Below, one piece after another: positions 10,817 to 20,797 of a DNA stretch of 61,574 nucleotides. Below the pieces are notes generated by a model. That model was not told the origin of the DNA. It ran no database searches and saw only the letters and a program-made list of their open reading frames with translations. A program made the position numbers and the translations under genes. Origin of the DNA: Prasinococcaceae sp. CCMP 1430 (taxonomy: Eukaryota; Plantae; Prasinodermophyta); assembly GCA_013416795.1 (NCBI GenBank), contig RQSC01000998.1, forward strand, positions 1 through 61,574, in the 5' to 3' direction. The stretch's first letter is position 1, and each line of letters starts with the position of its first letter.

Positions 10817-13327
10817 TGGCGAGAGGCAAAGCACCTGCATGCCTCTCGGTGCTGCCGCCACCTCCCCACACACAGACGCGCACACGCACGCACCGCGGCA
10901 GGGGGGACGCGGCGGGAGCCGCCGCCTCGCCCGCGGCCGATACCGCTGGCGCGGACGGCGAGGGCGGCAAGAAGAAGGCCGCACGTGACGACGAGGGGGC
11001 GAGCGACGCCGATGCCCTCGCGGGCGGGTGGGATCGCTCCCCGCGGCGGCGGCGCACGGCCTCCTCGGCGAGCGCACGCGGCCAGCAGGAGGTGGACGGC
11101 GAGCTCTTCTACGACGCGCTCGCGGTGTCGCAGCGGTCCGGAAGTCTGATGGGCGTCGGCAGCAGCGGGAGCGTTGGCGCGTCTCTAAGCTCCTTCACAC
11201 GCACCGTCAGCGCGGCGGGCGGCGCCATGGCGGGCACCGTCGCATCGGCGGCGCGAGCGGGCGGGTTGCTCTCGGTCAACGAGGAGACGGGCGCCCACAG
11301 CCTGCACGTGCCGGGCGAGGAGCAGGCGAAGCGCTTGGCCAAGATCGCCACGCGCGCCGTGCTCGGGCAGTCGGAGGCGAGCAAGCAGCGCGCGCGCGCG
11401 CGCATGGAGCTGCGGGAGGCCAAGGACGTCGAAGCACTTCGCGTCGAGGTCATCAAGCGTGGCGGTGCGGTTGCGCACGCTCGCTCGCGGTGTGCGCGCC
11501 GTCCCGTGGTGCCGTCCGCTGCGTGTGCCGTGACACTGACCGCGCCGTCGCGCGCGCGAACGGGCCAACGGGGCCTCGCGCGCTGAACGCCGCGCGTGCG
11601 CAGCCCTCGCTCCCGACGCGACCGAATGGCACTCCCATCCGCTGTGGCACTCTCTGCGGCGATTCCTGCGAGCGCGCGACGGGGACGTGAACAGGGCGGC
11701 GGGCATGTTCTGCGATCACGCGCGCTGGCGCCGTGAGTACAGGGCAGACTCCATCCTCGAGGTGCGCCAAAATGAGCGGCGCCGGCTGCTTGCTTGGCTG
11801 TCTGCGCCGTGCCGCTCGCGGACTCGTCGGCGCTGGCTGACGCAGGCCGTGCGCTCTGCCCTCTGCGGACCGCGACGCTGTCCGCCCCCGTCGCGCGGCC
11901 TGCGCGCTGCCACTCCCCCCGCGCCTGTCCACTGTCGCTCGCGCGTCGCAGTGGTTCAACGAGGACTTCGCGGAGAAGGACGCCGTGCGCGCGGCGTACC
12001 CGTCGTTCTACCTGAGACAGGACAAGCTTGGGCGCCCAGTATATGTCGAGCGCATTGGCCTCCTCAACCTCAAGGAGCTCACCAAGGTGACGTCCATCGA
12101 GCGTCTCGTCACGTATCACGTTTTTGAATACGAGGCGCTCCTGAAGCACCACTTCCCGCACCTGCAGAGCCTCAAGCCGGAGGAGGAGCGCTGGGACGAC
12201 AAGTCCGTCCAGTCCATGACGATTGTTGACCTCAAGGTACGTATGTTCTTGCGCATGCCATCGCAGAAGCCACGTACATTGCGTGTCGGTCTCGATGCCG
12301 TCTGTGCGGCTCACTCCGAGCGCCCGAGTCCAAACGCCTCGAAAGTTGCGCGCAAGCGCTGCGCGGAAAGAAGCGCGATCTGAGCAGCGGCACCGGCACT
12401 GACAAGGGCTAGCCCCAACGCTTCACACCTTCGCTGCCACTGCGTCCTTTGCAAAAGGGTGTGAACCTGGCATCCTTCCGCAGCGAGGTGCGCGATTTCA
12501 TCGGTGCGATCACCAAGATCGACCAGGCCAACTACCCCGAGCTGCTCGGCAATCTGTACGTGATCAACACGCCACTGCTCTTCCGCACTGTATGGGCAAT
12601 CGTGCGTCCAATGATCGACGAAGACACGGTCAAGAAGATTCACATCTACGGCAAGGACTACAAGCGCCATCTCCATGCAATCATCGACAGAGCCGACCTT
12701 CCGCCGTTTCTCGGCGGCACGGACAAGAGCCTCGAGACAGGAGTGTGCATGACCGACAAGTACTTGCCCAAGCCATCGTGGCGGATGACGCCCGAGGAGC
12801 GTGAGGCGCAAAAGGCGCTCGCCGCCGCCGCCGCTGGTGACGGCGGCCACAAGGTCGAGCAGGAGGAAGGGACGACGACGACGCAGTCGGTCGAAAAAGA
12901 AGAAGCGCAGGAGGACGAGGCGAAGGAGGAGGACAAAGAGAAGGAGGAGTGGTTCGATGTGCCACTCGATGAGGGCGTCGCGACGCCGCCTGGAAGTCCC
13001 GCTCGCAGGGCGCAGAGCACGGAGGGATCGGGTGGAGCGACCGGCGTGCGCCGCTGGGAAACCTTCAAGGGGGTCATGAAATCACCTGTCAGTGCAGTGT
13101 ACACCCTGGCGGACCTCGTCCGGAACGGGTCCGCCGTCGAAGAGGGGGCGTCGGGCACTGCTGGCGCTTCCGCGCAGCAGGGGAAACTTGAGGACGAGAT
13201 TAAGGCGATCCAGGAAAAGGTCAGCGCGAGCGATCCTGCCCACAAGCCTCACCGCAACATCATCGGACAGGTCAAGCTTGTCGAGGCGGTCATCAACCAC
13301 GGGCTCCAGCAGACAGACAGAGTCTGA
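10817..13327 (+). CDS. SEC14/CRAL-TRIO lipid-transfer protein; exons ..11464, 11604-11761, 11952-12237, 12458-13327 (5' end uncertain)
   Basis: The spliced product gives LRRFLRARD, DKLGRPVYVERIG, IVDLK|GV, DQANYPELLG, INTP and LPPFLGG; junctions are canonical GT-AG. Confidence 0.85.
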
Positions 13328-13655
13328 GAGGCTTTCGTACGACGCTTTGTAACAGACTCGCGCAGCACGACCCGGTCCTCGCAGGCTCACAGACAGGGCA
13401 CGCGTCGCCAGCGAGCTTTCCCATTTCTTGAACGTGCGCGATGGACGTTGGTGGTCGTGCGTGAATGGACAAATACACACGCGTTGTGGCGACACTTCGC
13501 TTACTCGCACCTACGCAACGCCTAAACTTCATCCGGCGCCATTGCCTCGCTACGCGGACGTACTTGCTCGCTCGCCGCCGAGTTATTGTGCCGTTGGCGT
13601 CGCTCCGCCCAGAGAAAGTGCGTCGCTCGCGTCTGCGTCGAGCGCCATCGCGTAT

Positions 13656-15523
13656 CTAGGGACTGGTGATCTCGCACTGGAGTCCTGCAAACGTGAGCGA
13701 AATGTCGGCGCACAGCTGCAGACATGGCTCCGCGCAGAAGCAAGTGAGGCCTGACTGCTCTGGCGTCTTGTACTCGCCGACGAAGGCAGTGCCCGATGCG
13801 CCGATGCCCTCACATTGGCACGAGCACACGTACGCGCCTTCGTCCGGGCCCTTGACCGCGTCCACTGCACCTCCGGCGACTGCGCCGCCGGGCGGTGGCG
13901 GAGCACCCGCCGCCGCGCCCCCCGGCACGGCCGGCACGGCCGGCACGGCCGGCACGGCCGGCACGGCCGGCACGGCCGGCACGGCCGGCACGGCTGCCTC
14001 CTCTGCGGGGCACAGCGGAGCGCCGAGCTCGCCCGCGTACGCATACTCTGGGTGCGTCTCGTCGTGCGGGTCGTGCGGGTACAGTCCGGCTATGAGAGCC
14101 TGAAAGTCCACTTGGCTCAACTCCTGCGGAAACTGCGGGGGCAGCGGCGGCACGCAGAAGCCCGGTGCCTGCACCGACAGGTCGAGCACCCGCAGCGACG
14201 TGAGGGGCTGGAAGATGGTGTTCGGCAGCGACTCAAGCTCTGCGTCGGGCATGTACAGCGCCTCGAGGTTGGTGGCGTTGGCGAAGAGCGCACCCGGCAG
14301 GGTTGGTCCGAGAGGGTTGCTCCCGACTTGCAGGATGCGCAGCGAGGGCAAGCCGTCGAGCAGGCTCGGCGTGAGGTCGCCTATCTGGTTGGAGCGGATG
14401 TCGAGGTGCTCCAGCTTGTCGAGGCCGGCGAAGGTGTTCGGATCAAGCACCTGGAGGCCGTTATTGGGCATGCGCAGCACCCTGAGCGACGTCAGATTTT
14501 GGAAGATGTCGACTGGCAGCCTGTCGAAGAGGTTGCTCACGAGGTCGAGCTCCTCCAGCGCGCTCAGACCGTTGAAGAGCCCCGCCGGCACGAGCGACAT
14601 GCCGTTGGCGCGGAGGCTGAGGAAGGCGAGCTTGGTCAAATTGCTGAAGATGCCCACGGGCAGCGTGGTGAGCGAGTTCTCTCGGAGGCCGAGGAACTCG
14701 AGCTTTGTGTTGTTCTTGAAGATGTCCACCGGCAGGGAGGTCAGTGCGAAGAAGTGCATCTCAAGCTGCCGAAGCTCGGACAGCGAGTCGAAAACGCCCG
14801 CCGGAAGCTCGCTGATGGGATGGCTCCCGAGGTCCATCACGCGCAGTGCGGCCATGCCATCGAAGATGCCTTCGGCGAGCCCGGTCATCAGACCCTCGCC
14901 GCCGTGCATATCGAGGGCGCCGCACGGCGGGATGCTGGGGACGCCCAGGGCGAAGCCGCAGTCGCCGGTCGGCGGCTCGCGCTGCAGCGTGCCGACCTCG
15001 TCCGTGAAGAAACGGCATATGCCGCACGTCTGACGAACCACGCGGGCGGCAGCAACGACGCGCGGCGACCGTGCCGCCCCACCGCGCGCGCGCGCGTCAG
15101 CGGCGAGTGCGCGAACGCATGCCGCTCTGCTGCAGAGATCGATCCGCTGCTGCGCCAACACGAACACGAGACCCCACCCACCACCAAAACCGCGGGGAGA
15201 AAGCCGGGGGCAGCAGTGGGACGTGGGAGGGAGCGAGCACCTACTGCACCTCCACATTTGGCGCGCTCTCCGCAAGCACGCGCACGCACCGCGACGACGC
15301 CAGAGCCTGGGGCACCCTCCACGCTGAAGCTAATCTCGGGCACCTCATCGGGCGCGTCGGAGGAATTGGTGGCGTTGGTGCCAAGGTTCAGGTTGCTGTT
15401 GATGTCCGGGGACTGCGCCGCTGCGCTGACCAGCGAAGGGATGCCCGTCCAGCGCGGCCCTTGCCGTTGGTTGCCGGCCAGGGCCAGTGCAGCGAGCGCG
15501 GCTAGCACCCAACTCGCGCGCAT
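13656..15523 (-). CDS. Secreted leucine-rich-repeat protein; exons 15523-15290 and 15029-13656
   Basis: Signal peptide MRASWVLAALAALALAG; about ten 24-aa repeats of type LxxLxLxxNxLxxLPxxxFxxL; (AVP)8 linker; small Cys-rich C-terminus; phase-0 GT-AG intron. Confidence 0.8.
13924..13995. repeat. Coding 9-bp tandem repeat (GGCACGGCC)8, read as (AVP)8 on minus
   Basis: Directly visible. Confidence 0.95.
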
Positions 15524-17365
15524 TGGTCTGGCCGGAGCCGCCGATGTGCGCGAACGGCGCGGGCGCTGCGCGGCGCCGGCGGGGGCAGCTCCACCACTAG
15601 TCGCAGCAGAAGCTGCCGCGGTGGCAGGCGGCTGATTGCCCCACGCCGTGCTGTCCTGATGCGCCAGCACCTCTGACTCAGCATGCCCTCGCCGCTCGCT
15701 CTCCCAACCGGGTGTCGGCCGGCGCTGCACCTGCTCGTGCGGACGCAGCCCCATATGCTGGCGCGTCTGCTGCCACGAGCGAATTTCTAAGAGGAGCGCG
15801 CGGCCGCGATGCGTCACCCGCTCCTTAGGCACGGCGACCATTTGGCGCGGCGGCGGACGGCTCTCCCGCGCGCCGCTGTGCGCGACTTCCCCGCTCTGGC
15901 CAGAGCACTGCCGTGTCGCGACGGGGTAGGCGCTGCGAGCTGCGCGGCTGCCGGTGCCCCCGAGTGTGAGCCTGCGTCGTTGCCCCCTCTCTCTGGCTCA
16001 CCCACGCGCTTTTCTTTTTTTTTGGTTGGGCCGGCTCGAAGCAAAAGCGCACAAACAAACCCCGCTTCGTACTCCGCGCACTGTGCCCCCCTCCGCCCGC
16101 TCGGCCCGGCGCCTGCGCGCGGGCAGCGCTGGTGCGCGCCCCCCTCGCCGCGGCAGGGAGGGCCTCCTGGGACCCCCTTCTCCCCCTCCCGCGTGCTCTC
16201 CGTCCCTTCCCCCGCGCTGCGCCGCCGCGCCCGCCCCGCGCGCGCGCTGTGGCCTTCGCGCGCCGTCCTTCGCAGCTGACTGACTGATGATCACCGACCC
16301 GCCGGTCTGCGTTTTTTTCGGATCCGCTCCCCCCTCTTTCCGGGGCTGCCGGCGCGTGCCCCGCGCGGCGGCACCGCGAGCGCAAACGACGGCCGCACGA
16401 TGCCGCGCCCGATTCCCGCCGGCCGTTTGGACTTTGCGCTCTGCGATTTGTGCGCGCGCCGCGCAAATCGCCCGCGCCCGCCGAGAGAGGCGCCCGCGAC
16501 GCTCTGGGGCGCGCGTGCGGTGCCGCAACGCGGTCGCGCGCGTGGCGCCATCGGATCGGCGCGCCGCGTGACCGTCGGACCGCCGCCGATAGCACCGCAA
16601 ACTGCTGCGAGCAAGAGAGCGAAAGCTTGTGCTCCGCGGACGCACCACGAGCCGCGTGCGTTTAGTCCTACACATACAGAAGAGATCACGAGAGCATCCA
16701 TCGCGATGACTTTCGCGGCGCACCAACGTACTGGGCGCCGCAAGAAATTCGAATGGCTTGCCAATGGTGTGGGCGTCAGGAGCGCTGACGCGCTGACAAG
16801 CGTGCCTGTGGCGTGGCGGCCTCTTACAGTAGTGCTCTGGCACATCGTTGCCCTGTCAAACCTGACTTTGTTGTCTTCGTGCACACACGTTACGTGTGCG
16901 AGCGACCCTTCCCTCCTGCCATGTGGTGGCTCTCCGTTGGAGCGCGATGCTCAAGAGCCATCGCCGGATGCCTCTTCCTCCCACCCCGCATCGCGTCCCG
17001 ATCCCGACAGCGAGCCGGGGCGATGGCCATCACACACGGCAAACGAGCGCAACTGCTCTGCGTCTCCACCTACTCGACTGATGGGAAAATCCATTTCCGA
17101 CACGCATTTGATCTCTGTTTGCATGCTTGGCCATTGGGCATCGATTTTCGGCCTCTGCAACACGAGCGAGCGGCCCGCGTCGCGGGCCGAGCGCCCTCGG
17201 GTGGGGTGAGCGCGGGACCGCGGCCGCCCGCGCGCCCACACGCCGCGCGCCGGCCAGCCTACTTCGCGTACGAGGATGCCATGCGCGTGCTCGAGTGCCT
17301 GCACGTCGATGTCGACAATCCGTGCGCCGCATCTGCCACGAATTATGGGGACGGCCACGGGCCAN

Positions 17366-19484
17366 CGCCCCGGCGCTGCGCGGCGCGGCCGCAGATGCGG
17401 ACGCGTGGGCGGCGGGTGAGGAGGCCAGGGCGCGCGCGCGCGCGGACACCCTCAAGGGCGCCGCGGCGTTCGCCTTCCCGGAGGCGTGCCCCGTGGACGA
17501 GGCGACGCGGCGCAGCACGAACAGCGTGTTCTACACGTTCGTGCTCACGGACTCGAGCGGGAAGCAGACGACGGGCTTCTGCAGGCGTGTGGCCGCGGCG
17601 ACGGTCGGCTCGCAACTCGCTCCCGACGGCCTCCCGGTGGTGATGTGCATTCTGAGCCGGCGCCCCTGGCACGGCGCAATCGGGGCCGTGCTCGCCGCCT
17701 GCGAGGAGCTCGCGCGCGCCCAGCCGGCGCCGGGCGACGCGCCGCTCTCGCACGCCGCCGAGCAGCTCGCTGAGAATTGCGCGCTCTACCGGCTCATGGC
17801 GGAGCTGGGCGACATCGTCGAGCCCTCGCCGGGCCACGCAATACAGGTCGAGCTGAGCGCGATTCCGCAGGGAGCAGACGGTGGGGGAACGCGGCCCGGG
17901 CTTCCAGCGCCTTTCTGCGTGAACGTCGACTGCCCGCGCAGCGACGACAATCCGGTCGTGGACGTCAACCTCGCGTACCTCATCAAGCCGATGGGCGTGG
18001 GCTGCACCGTGCGTCTGCTCGCGGCGCTGCTGAACGAGAGGCGCGTGCTCATCCTGGGGTCGGACCTCACGTACGTGAGCTGCGCCGCGCAAGCGGCGCG
18101 CGCGATGCTCTACCCGCTCGAGTGGCACCACGCCTTCCACCCGCTGCTGCCCAGCCACTTCGCAGAGTATGTGACCGCGCCGATGCCCTTCATAGCTGGC
18201 ATACACTCGAGCCTGCTGCCCGTGATTCAGAAGCTGCCCATCGACGAGGCCGTGGTCATCAATCTGGATGAAGAGGTCGGGAACTTCCCACACGATAAGG
18301 ACATCGGCACATTGCCCGCGCACGCCGCGTCCGCGCTGCAGTCGGACTTGGCTGCACTGCTGAAGAACAAGAGCAAGTGGGACAACCGGGCGTGCGCGGC
18401 GGCGTTCCGCCGCTTCTTCCTGCGTGCCCTGGGCAACTACAGGACGCACTTGCGGCGCTCCTTCGGGGAGATGGGCAGCGAGTGGGGCTCGTCCGAGCGC
18501 GCCGACCTGTGGTTCGACATCGACGCGATGGACCGCGCGCACCGCTCGCGCACGACGTCGCTCTTCCTCGAAAGGTGCCGAAACACGCAGGCCTTCGAGC
18601 AGTTCGTCATGCGCCGCCTCGCGATCGCGACGGGGGGTTACAGAGAGCAGGATCTGTGGGAGCGCGAGGTGAGCTCGCTGCCAGCCCCGGCTCGGAATGC
18701 CGACAAGGACGCCGGCAAGAAGATCGGCAAGCATGTCGATGAGGCGCAGCGGATCGTCGCCGAGCGCGACAGGGTGCGCTGGCAGCAGGAGGAGATGGAG
18801 CGACAGAGCGAGCGCAACCGGCATCTGCGCAGCCCGGGGCGCGCCGATGCCGCCCAGCCCGCCGTCGGCCAGGCGTTGCCGCGGCGAGAGGGCGGGCGCA
18901 TCGGCAATTCGCCTCCGCCGGCGCATCAGACGAGCGCACGGTCGCCCCAAGGGCGCGCCGCAGTCGCGGACGCGCAGGCGAACGGCTCGGCAGGCGCAGG
19001 CGCGGGCGCGGGCCGGGTGGGGGGCGGAAGCAGCGACGGAAAGGGCGCATCCCATTCGAGGGACGCGTCGGCGGCCGACACCGTTGGCGACCTGCTCAGC
19101 TTCGACGAATCCGGCGACGGCAGTGGCTTCGCCACGCCGTCGAGCAGCGTGGCTGGGGACGGCGGAAGCGCAGCGTTCATGACCCCCACCGGGGAGGGTG
19201 GCGCGGCCTCTTCCGACCGCGGGGGCGCGGGCGGGAGCCCCGTCGCGGCTGCACCCCGCGCGTCGGGCGCCCAGGACGACACAGATCCGTTCGGCGACCC
19301 TCCGCCGGACTGGGATCCGTTCGGCACCCGCGTCACTGTCGCAAACGCGGGCGACGCGCTCGCGGCGGCTCTGGGCATGATGGACGTGGGTCAGGCCAGC
19401 GCGGGGTCAGGGGCGACCAGAAATGGCGACATGGTCGCCCCTGGGAGGGCTGGGGACGGGACGATGAACTTTCTCGGGCTGTGA
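17366..19484 (+). CDS. DENN-domain Rab GEF (DENND1/connecdenn-like), 5' truncated at the N at 17365
   Basis: FAFP, YTFVLTD.SG...GFCR, CILSRRPW, ALLNERRV, MLYPLEWHH, APMPFIAG, TQAFEQF; the tail has DLL and two DPF motifs. Confidence 0.85.
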
Positions 19485-19500
19485 CGAGGATGCGGTGTAA

Positions 19501-20056
19501 TAGGCGTGGTTGGGCATTTTGGCTACACCGAGTTTGTAGATTAGCACCCAGCTGCGCACGCCCCCATGCGTTTTGATAGGGACGGTTCCCCCAGCGCGCG
19601 TGATCCGCGCGGGATCCGTTTTTGGGGGGCGTGCCACTCTTGCTGCTTTGCGCGCTGCGCGCGCAACCCGTGCGACGAACACGCCTTGTTTTTCTTTGGC
19701 TGGCTTCGGGACAACCCCACTCGGGGCACCCCGAATACCAGCGACTAGAATGGCATCAAGGCAGGGTACACTACAAGCGTGGTTGGGCATTTTGGCTACA
19801 CCGAGTTTGTAGATTAGCACCCAGCTGCGCACGCCCCCATGCGTTTTGATAGGGACGGTTCCCCCAGCGCGCGTGATCCGCGCGGGATCCGTTTTTGGGG
19901 GGCGTGGGTGAGAACGACGAAACGCGCGACGCGCGCGTTGGGTGGGTGGGTAGGGCCCGATATTGCGGTGCGGCCTGACAGCAGCATTTTAGATCAAAAA
20001 TTTTCAGTGTTTACCGTAAAAGTGACTTTCAGGCATCAAGGCAGGGTACACTACAA
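19501..20056. repeat. Two tandem ~275-bp units sharing a 130-bp head and a 25-bp tail, with different cores; possible non-autonomous mobile element
   Basis: Head at 19504-19633 and 19777-19906; tail GGCATCAAGGCAGGGTACACTACAA at 19752-19776 and 20032-20056; TGTAA on both flanks (19496-19500, 20057-20061). Confidence 0.75.
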
Positions 20057-20797
20057 TGTAACATACGTCAGCGGCGCAGGTGCCCGCCTCGTACCACTGC
20101 AAGCCCTTATCTCCGCGCGATCCGCCGCGCACGCGCAAACCCTAAAGAGCGCCCACAACCCGAATGTATGACCGAAACTCCATGCCTTTGCACCATTGCT
20201 GAGCCCTCCGAGGCACGCGCCTTGAAGGCTCTGGCAAACTGTTTTTTCCCCAAATGGCTGTGCCAGCTGGCGCGGAGCGGCTCTTTCCGTGCACGGACGT
20301 TGCTGGGACGCCCGTGGGAGGACTCGAAGAGGGGTTCGAGCGGCCGCCGCCGGCCGCCGCGGCGCTGCCATCGTGCGGCGACAAAGACGAGCTCCGAGCG
20401 GGAGAGCATCCACGTGCCGCAAGGTCTGATGGTGGCATTTCATCCAGTCCAAACAATTGCATGCAGCGCACGCCCCCTCGCGAGGCGACGTCGAAAATTC
20501 CGTGGGACGGCGGCAATGCCTGCCGGATCGCGACCGCCCGACCGTTGCTTGCTCATCGGGCGTTCGCGTTTGGTGAGGGTCCTGAGCACCAGTTCCTACA
20601 CACGTTGTGTGTGGGGTGGTGGCAGCGCGCTGGCGCGCGACGGGAGCGCGGCGGGCACACGGGGCGCGGCTGGCGCGCCCGGGCAGGGGACCGGCGCGGG
20701 CCGAGGCTGCCTGCATCTGGAAAGCGGGGCGGCCGTGCCTCCAGTCTCTGTCGCGGAGGCGGCGGGGGATGGGAGGTCCGCGTGCGTGGGGCCCGCC

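Noticed and set aside
16400-17364. Lower-GC stretch with several medium ORFs upstream of DENN
   Set aside because: No family recognised, no consistent reading frame, and it ends at a single-N join.
19504-20056. Repeat-spacer layout suggestive of CRISPR
   Set aside because: Only two units, a 130-bp repeat, ~120-bp cores, no cas genes, and a eukaryotic context.
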